Assembly: GCF_035084215.1 (NCBI RefSeq)
Contig: NC_090366.1
Coordinates: forward strand, 10,168,001 to 10,232,000
Direction of reading: 5' to 3'
Length of the DNA stretch: 64,000 nt
Source of the DNA: Heptranchias perlo
Taxonomy: Eukaryota
Positions 39,138 through 51,239 of the stretch are shown here, piece by piece. Numbering within the stretch: position 1 is the first letter of the stretch; the number at the start of each line of letters is the position of its first letter. The translations under genes and the position numbers were made by a program. The notes under the pieces are model-generated. The model was not told the origin of the DNA, made no database searches, and saw only the letters and a list, made by a program, of their open reading frames with translations.

Positions 39138-39429
39138 GTGAGTGATTAATAAACTGGGTGATTTTTTGACTGGGAGATTTTTTGTTTCTGGACATGAAAG
39201 ACTATTTAAAAGGGGCGATTTTAACCGAAATGGCCTGTTGGGAAACTGACAGGATCAGTTGCAACCCTGGTTTTATGCCCCACCCGATTTTGGGCGTGTG
39301 GTGTAAAACCAGAGTTCCAACTGATCCCATGGGTTTCCCCATGGATGTATTTAAGGGAAAGCACATGAAGGAGAAAGGAATAGAAGGATTTGCTGATAGG
39401 GGTCGATGAAGTAAGGAGGGAGGAGGCTT

Positions 39430-39858
39430 CTTTGGACCATCCACCACCCTAAACGTTCACTCCCTTCACCACCAGCACACTGTGGCTGCAGTGTGTACCA
39501 TCCACAGGATGCACTGCAGCAACTCGCCAAGGCTTCTTCGACAGCACCTCCCAAACTCGCAACCTCTACCACCGAGAAGGACTCGAGCAGCAGGCACGTG
39601 GGAACAACACCACCTGCACGTTCCCCTCCAAGTCACACACCATCCCGACTTGGAAATATATCGGCCGTTCCTTCATCGTCGCTGGGTCAATATCCTGGAA
39701 CTCCCTCCCTAACAGCACTGTGGGAGAACCTTCACCACACGGACTGCAGCGGTTCAAGAAGGCGGCTCACCACCACCTTCTCAAGGGCAATTAGGGATGG
39801 GCAATAAATGCCGGCCTCGCCAGCGACGCCCATATCTCATGAACGAATAAAAAAAAAA
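39430..39858 (+). mobile_element. CR1-Zenon-like 3' end inserted in a CR1 tail
   Basis: Matches 21250-21663. Ends aataaa+A-run, and the CR1 tail resumes at 39859. Confidence 0.88.
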
Positions 39859-40020
39859 TGCCAGCATAGATCAGTTGGGCCGAATGGCCTGTTTCTGTGC
39901 TGTAGACTCAATGTGACAATGTAATATTACCCCTCTTGTGATCAAAGACAAGGTGTGAGCAAATAAGGAATGAACATTTTCTGCTTCAGACATCTACCTC
40001 AAGGCTCAGCAATCAACTAT

Positions 40021-40657
40021 CAGGAACAGCACGGGTTAGATACAGGGTAAGGCTCCCTCTACACTGCCCCATTGAACACTCCCAGGGCAGGTACAGCACA
40101 GGTTAAATACAGGGTAGAGCTCCCTCTACACTGCCCCATTGAACACTCCCAGGGCAGGCACAGCATAGATTAGATACAAAGTAAAGCTCCCTCCACACTG
40201 TCCCATCAAACACCCAGGACAGGAACAGCACGGGTTAGATACAGAGTAAAGCTCCCTCTACACTGCACCATTAAACACTCCCAGGGCAGGCACAGCATGG
40301 ATTAGATACAAAGTAAAGCTCCCTCCACACTGTCCCATCAAACACCCAGGACAGGAACAGCACGGGTTAGATACAGAGTAAAGCTCCCTCTACACTGCCC
40401 CATTGAACACTCCCAGGGCAGGCACAGCATGGATTAGATACAAAGTAAAGCTCCCTCCACACTGTCCCATCAAACACCCAGGACAGGAACAGCACGGGTT
40501 AGATACAGAGTAAAGCTCCCTCTACACTGCACCATTAAACACTCCCAGGGCAGGTACAGCATGGATTAGATACAAAGTAAAGCTCCCTCCACACTGTCCC
40601 ATCAAACACCCAGGGCAGGTACAGCACGGGATAGATACAGAGTAAAGCTCCCTCTAT
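40021..40657 (+). repeat. 67/65-bp tandem repeat, about 9.6 units
   Basis: Unit starts at 40021, 40088, 40155, 40220, 40287, 40352, 40419, 40484, 40551, 40616. Confidence 0.95.
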
Positions 40658-41107
40658 AGTGGCCAATTGTCACTTGGTCAGTATGGCTTAGATGGAAAGT
40701 AAAACTACCCATCCATATTTTTTAACTTACATCACGATCACATAACTACTTCAGCTGTGTGGCCGTATGCGGTGAGATTACCAATTTAGTTGAAAATCAA
40801 TTTCCATTAGAAAATAGAATGAGCCACGACTAGGACCTGGATACGAGTGAAACAGACTAATTACATGAGGGTCTCCACACTGGAGAGAAGGACGTTTGAA
40901 TGCATTAAATTCTGTCCTTTTATATTTTCACTTATAAATTCCTGTATTCACATTTATAAGAGAAACTGCCTGTATATACTTGTCATGATGTAATTCTCCC
41001 TTTCCAGCAGAGAAGGTGCTGCACTGAGGGAGTATCTATTCTATGTGTGGACACAGGAATTTACAATGGGAAATGTTGCCAGGAAGTGTAAGGAACAGAG
41101 TGACACT

Positions 41108-41550
41108 GGAACATTAGGAACAGGAGGAGGCCATTCAGCCCCTCCAGCCTGCTCCGCCATTCAATTCGACCATGGCTGATCTTCACCTCAACTCAATTTT
41201 CCTGCCTATTCTAAATATCCCTTGATAGACTTACCAAACAAAAACCTATCGATCTCAGTCTTGAAAGCTCCAATTGTCCCAGCATTCACATCCTTTTGGG
41301 GGAGAGAGTTCCAAATTTCTTCGACCGTTTGTGTGAAAAAGGGCCTCCTGATTTTACTCCGAAATGGTCGAGCTCTGGTTTTAAAATGATGTCCCTCTGT
41401 TCTTGATTCCCCCCATCAGAAGGAATAGTTTCTCCATATCTATCCTGTCAAATCCTTTCAACATTTGAAACACCTCGATCTGAATTCCCTTCAATCTTCC
41501 ATACTCAAGCCAAGTTTTTGTAACCTGTCCTCATAATTTAACACTTTAAG
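41108..41550 (-). mobile_element. Old CR1 3' fragment
   Basis: Reverse complement of the CR1 tail and C-terminal coding region. Confidence 0.75.
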
Positions 41551-42037
41551 GATCGTTTCATGCTGTAAAAACACGTAACATTTGTAATATTATATAACTT
41601 TACAACACAGAAGGAAACCATTCGGCCCATCAGACCCATGCTGGCTTTCTGAAAGAGCTATCCCCTTAGTATCATTTCAAGTAACAATCCACTTCCCTTT
41701 TTAAAAGTGACAAATAATTTTTAGAAAGAATGTTCTTCTCTTTATATCCCTGGTCCATCTTTAAAGTAACATTTATATCAACAGAAGGCTGGAGGTTGCC
41801 CCCCCAATACTCCAATGCCTCTATGGCTGAACCCATTATTCCGTTCCTGATTCCATTTTCACCAGACACTGAAAATGGAAAGCTGAAAACAGACCCAAGC
41901 CCTGGGGTCTGCTCCTGAATCTCATCTCCTTGCATTTCTCAGTATGTTTTGCTGAGAAATCGTGTGCAATATTTCCTGACGCCTTTGCAAAATAAGCAAG
42001 TGTTCTGCTTTTAATTTAAACCTCTTGTTATTTGCAG

Positions 42038-42307
42038 TGTCTGTTTCAATACCCATTATTGAATCACACCCGGAAACAATCAAAGAGGGTATTAATCTTA
42101 CCTTAATATGTAAGACTGAAAATGGAACAAAGCCGACATTTAACTGGAAAATGGACAGTGCAAAGTTGGCCAACGATAGCAGGCGTTCAACATCAGAAAA
42201 TGGCACAGTTCTGACAGTAACGAAGATAAATCCTTCCGATTGTGTGACGTACACATGTGTGGTTCAAAATAACATTAGTCAAGAGGAGAAGCATTTCAAT
42301 ATTTCAG
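42038..42307 (+). CDS. Gene B Ig C2-set exon
   Basis: Acceptor ttgttatttgcag|, donor G|gtaagt. Encodes VSIPII..EGINLTLICKTENGTKPTFNW..NDSR..LTV..DCVTYTCVVQNNIS with six N-glycosylation sequons. The C..ENGTKP...W..NDSR pattern resembles the HEPACAM C2 domain as recalled. Confidence 0.93.
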
Positions 42308-42409
42308 GTAAGTAATAATCGAAAAAATAACATGCGACGAAGAATTGTTGAATGCAATGCTACTGTTTGAATAAAGCTCTATATCGATAAAATATTAAAA
42401 TTGTTATGT

Positions 42410-43545
42410 CATCAAGGCTTGTCATCAAAATTGAAGCCCGTGGAATAAAGGGGATACAGAATTGACTAAGTGATGGGAAACAGAGAGTAGTGGTGAACGG
42501 TTGTTTTTCAGACTGGAGGGAGGTGTACAGTGGTGTTCCCCAGGGGTCGGTGCTGGGACCACTGCTTTTCTTGAGATATATTAATGACTTGGACTTGGGT
42601 GTACAGGGCACAATTTCCAAATTTGCAGATGACACAAAACTTGGAAGTGTAGTGAGCAGCGAGGAGAATAGTGATAGACTTCAAGTGGATATAGACAGGC
42701 ATGTGGCATGGGCGGACATGTGGCAGATGAAATTTAACGCAGAGTGATACATTTCGGTAGGAAGAACGAGGAGAGGCAATATAAACTAAAGGCACAATTC
42801 TAAAAGGGGTACAGGAACAGAGAGACCTGGGGTTATATGTACACAAATCATTGAAGGTGGCAGGGCAGGTTGAGAAAGTGGTTAAAAAAAGCATACAGAA
42901 TCCTGGGCTTTACAAATAGAGGCATAGAGTACAAAAGCAAGGAAGTCATGATAAACCTTTATAAAACACTGGTTCGGCCACAACTGGAGTATTGTGTCCA
43001 GTTCTGGACGTCGCACTTTAGGAAAGATGTGAAGGCCTTAGAGAGGGTGCAGAAGAGATTTACTAGAATGATTCCCAGGATGAGGGACTTTAGTTACGTG
43101 GATAGACTGGAGAAGCTGGGGTTGTTCTCCTTGGAACAGAGACGGTTGCGAGGAGATTTGATAGAGGTACTCAAAATCATGAAGGGTCTAGACAGAGTCG
43201 ATAGAGAGAAACTGTTCCCATTGGTGGAAGGGTCAAGAACCAGAAGACATAGATTTAAGGTGATTGGCAAAAGAACCGAAGGCGACATGAGGAAAAAAAT
43301 TTTTGCACAGCGAGAGGTTAGGATCTGGAATGCACTGCCCGAGGGGGTGGTGGAGGCAGATTCAATCATGGCCTTCAAAGGGGAACTGCACAAGTACTTG
43401 AAAGGAAAAGAAAATTGCAGGGCCACGGGGATAGGGCGGAGGGAGTGGGACTAGCTGGATTACTCTTGCATAGAGCCGGCACGGACTCGATGGGCCGAAT
43501 GACCTCCTTCCGGGCTGAAACCTTTCTACTATCCTATCATTCTAG
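42410..43545 (+). mobile_element. CR1 RT 3' half
   Basis: [26 protein letters not shown]. Same subfamily as 240-2375. Confidence 0.95.
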
Positions 43546-43844
43546 GCATGCACTTCCACTATCAATTCCTGTAGATGCATTTATAATGCCAACTGCCTAG
43601 GTGAAGTTGTCATGGTGTAATCATGGTGAATCTTCTCAGTTTTGCATCTCAATCATCTCTACTACCCTGCTTCCCAAGTTGCTGCTAGTTTTACGAATTA
43701 ATAATAATATAAAATCAAAGTTTTATATAAAATAAATGCCGAAAGTATGACTTTAAGATATGTATTGAATTGTGTCTGTATGCCTGGTTGAGTTAGACCC
43801 CACTCTCTAACCGTGCTTCTTCTGAAGAATACAACTGTCTTTCT

Positions 43845-44985
43845 CTCATAGAATCATAGAATAGTTACAGCACAGAAGGAGGCCATTTGGCCCATCGAGC
43901 CCGTGCTGGCTCTTTGCAACAGCAATCCAGTTAGTCCCATCCCCCCTGCTCTTTCCCCTCAGCCCTGCAAATTTTTTCCCTTCAAGTATTTATCCAATTC
44001 CTTTTTGTAAGCCACCATTGAATGAATCTGCCTCCACCGCCCTATCGGATAGCACGTTCCAGATCATGACGACTGGCTGCGTAAAAAAGTTTTCCCTCAT
44101 GTCGCCTTTGGTTCTTTTGCCAATCACCTTAAATCTGTGCCCTCTGCTTCTCGACCCTTCCGCCAATGGGAACAGTTTCTCTTTATTTACTCTATCAAAA
44201 CCCTTCATGATTTTGAACACCTCTATCAAATCTCCTCTCAACCTTCTCTGCTGTTAGGAGAACAACCCCAGCTTCTCCAGTCTATCCAGGTAATTCAAGT
44301 CCCTCATCCCTGGAACCATTTTAGTAAATCTTTTCTGGACACTCTCTAAGGCCTTCACATCCTTCCTAAAGTGCGGTGCCCAGGCTCCCGTATGCATTTT
44401 TAATCACATTCTCAACCTGCCCTGCCTCTCTTCATTCTTCCTGCCAAAATGTATCACTTCGCACCTCTCTGCATTAAATGTCATCTGCCATGTGTCCGCC
44501 CATTCCACCAGCCTGTCTATATCCTCTTGAAGTCTATCACTATCCTCCTCACTGTTTACTACACTTCCACGTTTTGTGTCAACTGAAAATTTTGTAATTG
44601 TGCCCTGTACACCAAAGTCCAAGTCATTAATATATATAAAAAAAAGCAGTGGTCCTATTATCAACCCCTGGGGAACACCACTGTACACCTCTCTCCAGTC
44701 CGAAAAATAACCGTTCAACACTACTCTCTGTTTCCTGTTACTGAGCCAATTCTGTATCCATGCTGCCACTGCCCCTTTTATTACATGGGCTTTAATTTTG
44801 CTGACAAGCCTATTATGTGGCACTTTATCAAACGCCTTTTGAAAGTTCATATACACAACATCAACCGCATTGCCCTCATCAACCGTCTCTGTTACCCCAT
44901 CAAAAAACTCAATCAAGTTAATTAAACACGATTTGCCTTTAACAAATATGTGCTGGCTTTCCTTTGTTAATCCACACTCCTTGTG
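43845..44985 (-). mobile_element. CR1 RT fragment with an internal deletion
   Basis: ORFs 44404-44994 and 43990-44241. Confidence 0.93.
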
Positions 44986-45769
44986 TAATGCCACAGGAGA
45001 TTAACTAGTATTATTTTGAATTTTGCATAGGGTGTGCATATCGGTACATCCTGCTGTCATTGTTTTCGGTCATGTCACTATTTTCCATTGTAAATTGCTA
45101 TGTCAACATTTTCCATTCAATATATTTTTGCTTCAACTGTCACGATGCAGTTGCAGTTTCTGGACACTAAGTGGCTCTGTGGAGCGTGTTTCGGAAGTCT
45201 TTTTCCCAACTCCCACCCCATTTTTATATAAAAATAATAAATTACATTCTTCATCACGGGTAATTTGTTCGTTACTGATGTAAAGGTAATGATCACGACC
45301 GGAAGTTAAAGTAAAATGTGAAAGGATCATGCAGGGATTGATGCTTTATTACAACTGTAGAATCCGACAGGACTGCTTCTTTATAGAACTGACCACAAAT
45401 ATAAGGAGGGAGATGGAGCACCAATGCCATTGAGAAACAAGTTTTATAGCTCTGGGTTTTGATTAGCTGTCGTTTTTGCCGACATGAAAAATATCGCACT
45501 TCAAAAGTCACCCCTTGTCTTAAAGCACTCTTGGGCTACTTTAATGCAGAACTTTCTTTGCGATGGCTTTTCGTCTATAAGGAAGTGGTTTCAAGTCCAG
45601 GATGGCGCTCTCCTCTCTTAACGACTGTGAGGGTCCAAAGCTTGAGAGTCCAAAGTGAGTTGAGTTTGATGCTGCTACAGCCCAGTACCTACCTATCATT
45701 AAGCCACCAGTTGGCGTTCGTTTCCAATGGAGCTGTGAATTATCATTCTCGTTCAGATGGGGCTTAAGA

Positions 45770-46400
45770 AGGGTACAGTAGCCTAATGGTTAGGATAATT
45801 GCCAGCAGACCAGAGTTGCAAGTTTAGATCTCACCGGGCCAAGTTCTGAAACGGAGTTCAAAAAATCTGGTGATTTGCAGGCTGGCACCAGGAATAATTT
45901 GTCGTAAAAACTCAACGGGTTTGAATAATGTCCTTCAGAGAAGGTCCAGTCACCCCTACCCTCTCTGAGCAAGATCCTACACTATGATTCCTAATCCCCT
46001 CAGGGCAACTAGGGATGGGCAATTCTGTCACAATGTCGGACACATCCCAAGGACTAATAAAAAAAACAATGGCTGGGCCAGGGAATGATTCCTTTAAGTG
46101 CACATTTAGAAGGAAAGATTGCATTTATATAGCGCCTTTCATGATCTCAGGACGTCCCAAAGCACTTTACAGCCAATTAAATACTTTTGAAGTGCAGTCA
46201 CTGTTGTCATATAGCAAACTGGCAGCCAATTTGCGCACAGCAAGATCCCACCAACCGCAGTGAGATAACGACCAGATATTCTTGTTTTAATAATGTTGGT
46301 TGATGGATAAATATTGGGCAGGGACACCAGACAGAACTCCCCTTACTCTTCTTTGAATAAGTGGCATGGAATATTTTACGTCTAACGGAGAAGGCCTCAG
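45770..46400. mobile_element. Zenon-tailed SINE (+, 45770-46065) followed by a Deu SINE (-, 46115-46400)
   Basis: Similarity to 54611-55012 and 11725-12180 respectively. Confidence 0.65.
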
Positions 46401-46804
46401 TTTCGTGTCTCACCTTGGGCAGAAGATTGCGGCTTCAAGTCCTGTTTGAATACCTGAGCACACAATCTAGGATGGAAGAGGAACATGTTCCGATATCCCG
46501 AGCAGCATTGTGGCCCATCCGAAGCCACCAAAAAAACAAATTAACTGCTTGTTCATCTCACCTTCTGTTTGTGGAATCTTGCTGTGCACAAATTGTCAGC
46601 CATCAGTAGAAAACAAATTAAACTTTAAAAAGTATTTTACTGGCTATGAGGTGCTTTTGGACATCCTGAAGACATGGAAGGCATGAGATAATTGCAAGTT
46701 CCTCCTTTTTCATGTAAGCAACTTCAATCTAGATTTTTGTTGGCTATTAAAGGGTATGGAGCCTACGGATAGATGGAGTTAAGATACCAATCAGCCATAA
46801 TCTA

Positions 46805-47390
46805 GGAGCATAGGAACATAGGAACAGGAGTGGGCCATTCAGCCCCTCGTGCCTGCTCCGCCATTCGATAAGATCATGGCTGATCTGTGATCTACCTCCA
46901 TATACCTGCCTTTGGCCCATATCCCTTAATACCTTTGGTTGCCAAAAAGCCATCTATCTCAGATTTAAATTTAGCAATTGAGCTAGCATCAATTGCCGTT
47001 TGCGGAAGAGAGTTCCAAACTTCTACCACCCTTTGTGTGCAGAAATGTTTTCTAATCTCACTCCTGAAAGGTCTGGCTCTAATTTTTAGACTGTGCCCCC
47101 TACTCCTAAAATCCCCAACCAGCGGAAATAGTTTCTCTCTATCCACCCTATCCGTTCCACTTAATATCTTATAAACTTCGATCAGATCACCCCTTAACCT
47201 TCTAAACTCCAGAGAATACAACCCCAATTTGTGTAATCTCTCCTCGTAATTTAACCCTTGAAGTCCAGGTATCATTCTAGTAAACCTACGCTGCACTCCC
47301 TCCAAGGCCAATATGTCCTTCCGAAGGTGCGGTGCCCAGAACTGCTCACAGTACTCCAGGTGCGGTCTAACCAGGGTTTTGTATAGCTAA
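46805..47390 (-). mobile_element. CR1 3' fragment, near-identical to 61985-62560
   Basis: ORF 46892-47311. Confidence 0.93.
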
Positions 47391-47649
47391 TTGAATGTCA
47401 GAGCAGGTTCGAGGGGCTGAGTGGCCTATTCCTGTTTCTATGTTGCTCTATCTGTAAAGCAAAATGCTACTGATGCTGGAAATCTGAAACAAAAACAGAA
47501 AATTCTGGAAACACTCGGCAGCGCCTGTGGAGAGAACAGAAGTTTTAGCTTTTCAGACCTTTCTTCAAAACCAAAGTGACTTCAAAGCATTTTCTGTTTT
47601 TGTTTCTAACGTTTGTTGGACGTATGTGTGACTTTAATGTGATCGTATG

Positions 47650-47975
47650 GAAAGGCATTTATATAATGCCTTTCAGGATCTCAGTGCATCCCAAAATGCT
47701 TAACCGCCACTATTGTAATGTAGGAAACGTGACAGTCAATTTGTGCTCATTAAGGTCCTCAAACCAGCAATGTGATAATGATCAGATAATTGGCTTTAGT
47801 GATGTTGGTTGAGGGATAAATATTGGTCAGGACACCGGGGAGAACTCCCCCTGCTCTTCTTCGAAATGGTGCCATAGGTTCGTTTAAGTCCACCTGAGAG
47901 AGCAGGTCTCATTTAGCACCTCATCTGATGGAACGCACCTCCGACAGTGCAGCACTCCCTCAGTATTGCACTGGT
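47650..47975 (-). mobile_element. Deu SINE, diverged
   Basis: Matches 3798-4140. Confidence 0.7.
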
Positions 47976-48009
47976 GTACATCTTATTTACTGTGGAAAAG
48001 TGCTTTCTG

Positions 48010-48510
48010 ATTATCTAATTTTAAGGTGATGCCCGCTTAGTCTGGCTTCTCCCACTAGAAGATATAACTTCTCTCCATGTGACCTATCGACTCCCTTTAC
48101 CATTTGTAACACCCCGTTCAGATCTCCCCTCAACCTTCTGACCTCGTAATTTATCCCTTTTAGACCTGGTAGCATCTGCGCTGCATTCCCTCCAAGGCCA
48201 ATATATTCTCCCTGAGGTGCAGGGGCCAAAACTGAACGCAGAACTCCAGACGGGGTCTGACCAAGGGTCTATTCAACTGTCATGTAAATTCCTTCCCTTT
48301 GTAATCCAACCCCCTTGAGATGAAGTCCTACCTTCCATTAACCTTTTTGATTATCTTTTGTACCTGTCCACTAGCTTTTAGTGATTTGTGCACATGGACC
48401 CCACTTGCTCCTCCAAAGGCCCTAGTGTCTCGCAAGAGGGCAATATTCCAATTTGTCTTTCTCGGACGCAAAGTTGATGACTCCACACTTCCCCACGTTG
48501 AACTCTACCT
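48010..48510 (-). mobile_element. Old CR1 fragment
   Basis: Degenerate RRLRGDL..KLYLLVGE. Confidence 0.7.
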
Positions 48511-48766
48511 GCAAAATAATGAAAGGAAGGGGAAAAAAATAGCAAAACGACCTGTGCTTGGTATTCTGTGATCATATCTCCAATGCTGCAGGACCTGATA
48601 TATTTCTCCTGCATGAGAGTAGATCCAACTGCTACTACAGTCAGGCCACCCTGTTTGTAACTTTGGCTCATTCGGTGGTTACATATGGTGTTAAGTCGAT
48701 GTTATCCTGTTGTGATTCCATTTGTGTCCTCGCAGGCAACAAGTGACAAAATAATTGAAAATGAGG

Positions 48767-49237
48767 CATAGAAACATAGAAAATAGGAGCAGGAGTAGGC
48801 CATTCGGCCCTTCGAGCCTGCTCCGCCATTCAATATGATCATGGCTGAACCTCTATCTCAATACCATATTCCCGCTCTCTCCCCATACCCCTTGATGCCT
48901 TTTGTGTCTAGAAATCTATCCAGCTCCTTCTTAAATATATTCAGTGACTTGGCCTCCACAGCCTTCTGTGGTAGAGAATTCTACAGGTTCACCACCCTCT
49001 GAGTGAAGAAATTTCTCCTCATCTCATTCCTAAATGTCCTACCCCGTATCCTGAGACTGTGACCCCTCGTTCTGGACGCCCCCATCCAGGGGAATCATCC
49101 TCCCTGCATCCAGTCTGTCTAGCCCTGTCAGAATTTTATACGTTTCAATGAGATCCCCTCTCATTCTTCCAAGCTCGAGTGAATACAGGCCGAGTCGACC
49201 CAATCTCTCCTCATACGACAGTCCTGCCATCCCAGGG
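48767..49237 (-). mobile_element. CR1 3' fragment (young subfamily, inverted twin of 37810-38285)
   Basis: Nearly base-for-base reverse complement. Confidence 0.93.
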
Positions 49238-49269
49238 GGCATGGTTAGTGTTTTATCCTGTCACCCTGA

Positions 49270-50015
49270 CAACGGGAATATATTGAGAGGGATGGAGGAA
49301 GTGAGAGACCTTGGAGTGCATGTGCACAGGTCCCTGAAGGTGGTAGTACAGGTAGATAAGGTTGTGAAGAAGGCATACAGAATGCTCTCTGTTATTAGCC
49401 GAGGTACAGAATACAAAAGCAGGGATGTAATCATGGAACTGTATAAAACGCTGGTAAGGCCACAGCTGGAGTATTGTGCGCAGTTCTGGTCACCACATTA
49501 CAGGAAGGGCGTAATTGCCCTGGAGAGAGTGCAGAGAAGATTTACAAGAATGTTGCCAGGGCTCGAAAATTGTAGCTATGAGGAGAGATTGGATAGGCTG
49601 GGATTGTTTTCCTTGGAGCAGAGGAGGCTGAGGGGAGACTTGATTGAGGTGTACAAAATTATGAGGAGCCTAGATAGACAGGAAGTACCTGTTTCCCCTT
49701 AGCGGAGAGTTCGAGAAGTAGAGGACATCGATTTAAGCTGATTGGCGGAAGGATTAGAGGAGACATGAGGAAAAACTTTTTTACCCAGAGGGTGGTGGGT
49801 GTATGGAATTCGCTGCCCGAATTGGTGGTAGAGACAGGGACCCTCAACTCTTTTGAAAAGTACCTGGACCTGCACCTAAAGTGCTGTAAGCTGCCGGGCT
49901 ATGGACCGGGTGCTGGAAGGCGGGATTGGAATGGGCACCTGGTTGTTCTTCGAGCCGGGGTGGACACGATGGGCCGAACGGCCCCCTTCTGTGCTGTATC
50001 TTTTCTATGTTTCTC
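49270..50015 (+). mobile_element. CR1 3' fragment
   Basis: RDLGVHVHRSLK..YKTLVRPQLEYC..WNSLP. Confidence 0.92.
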
Positions 50016-50060
50016 TGGTTCTACTTAAAGGTGATTAACAATCTTCTATCTCATTTATAG

Positions 50061-50172
50061 GTGATGCTGATTTGTTGTGTGAACAGGACAATGGAACAAA
50101 AAAATGGACAATTATTGTTATAGTTGTCATATCTGTTGCTGCCTTCGTTGCTTGCTTGACATATGGATTATC
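50061..50172 (+). CDS. Gene B stalk + transmembrane exon (GDADLLCEQDNGTKKWTIIVIVVISVAAFVACLTYGLS)
   Basis: Not in the ORF track. Acceptor tctatctcatttatag|, phase 1 in, about 21-aa hydrophobic helix, donor TC|gtgagt (phase 2). Confidence 0.88.
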
Positions 50173-51239
50173 GTGAGTATGGACAACATATATTGTGAAT
50201 ACGGAACTGAATTTAACTGTTACAAAGTTAAATTAATTAATCTGTGACTTTTATTCAACTTTGTTATTTTAGTAGGAATTTGGTGTTCAGATCACTGAAC
50301 TAGTGTCAAGTAGGTAATCGTGCGCAGTGTCAGCCGTGGCTCAGCAAGTAGCATTCTTTGCCTCTGAGGTAGAAGATTGTGGGTTCAAATCCCACTCCAG
50401 CGACTTAAGCATAAAAATCTAGGTTGACACTCCAGTGAAGTGCTCCCCTGTCCTGCAGCAGAGCCTGGTCTCCAATTGTCTTGGATTCCCCTTGCCCTTG
50501 GGCCAAGACTTTGTTCTGCTGGGACTGTGTGTAATGACCACCCCATGTTGAAAGCATCTATACACAGGCATTTTTGACCCTGAGGGACTACCGGAGAGAG
50601 GTGAACTTTTAACGTTGTTGGCCACCGGCTGCAGAATTGGGAGTTAAGAGAGAATTGACTCTTCTCCTCTTTGTACTAAGCCAATAACCGTAATCGGTGA
50701 CCACCGGTCAACAATGTAGAGAGAAACCAAGTGGTATCAGCCTCACACTGGCTGTTTGCGATATTACCAGATGAAAGTTTGATATGTTTATGTGAAATTC
50801 TTCTCTCTGCCTGTTAGTTCAGTTTGAGTATTTTTCCAGAGGTAGTCAACACTGTGCAGGTCAATAATCAGAAGATTAAACTGTATACTGACAAAGTTCT
50901 GATTATACCAGAATACCCACCCAGATTCTCCTTGTAGCTCTAAGTTTAACGGGCACAAATGTCGGATAGGGTAGAAGGTGCCAAGATTTGTGTGGAGGCA
51001 TTGGAAGTTCCCTGTCCTCCATGCCAATGTGTCACCTATTATACAAACAATGATGCCCAGTTGACCAAAGGCAGGAACAGATGCCAAATTCTACCTTGCC
51101 CATCTTATCATTACATTTCTCAAAGGCTCTGAAATACTGTTCAGTGGCCCGGGAGATGGCACCGATAGCCAGCACCACCTTCCTCTCCAGTACTGGCACC
51201 ACTGAAGAAATAGGCTGCGGCCGTCTCTCATAAGAATCT

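Noticed and set aside
48736-48746. Alternative terminal exon giving a secreted gene B isoform (..NISGNK*)
   Set aside because: The acceptor looks good and the phase fits, but it adds only 3 codons and has no clear poly(A) signal, so it cannot be distinguished from chance.
50938-50970. Extra small cytoplasmic exon of gene B (SKFNGHKCRI)
   Set aside because: The acceptor is plausible and in phase, but the donor (gtagaa) is weak; not supportable without transcripts.
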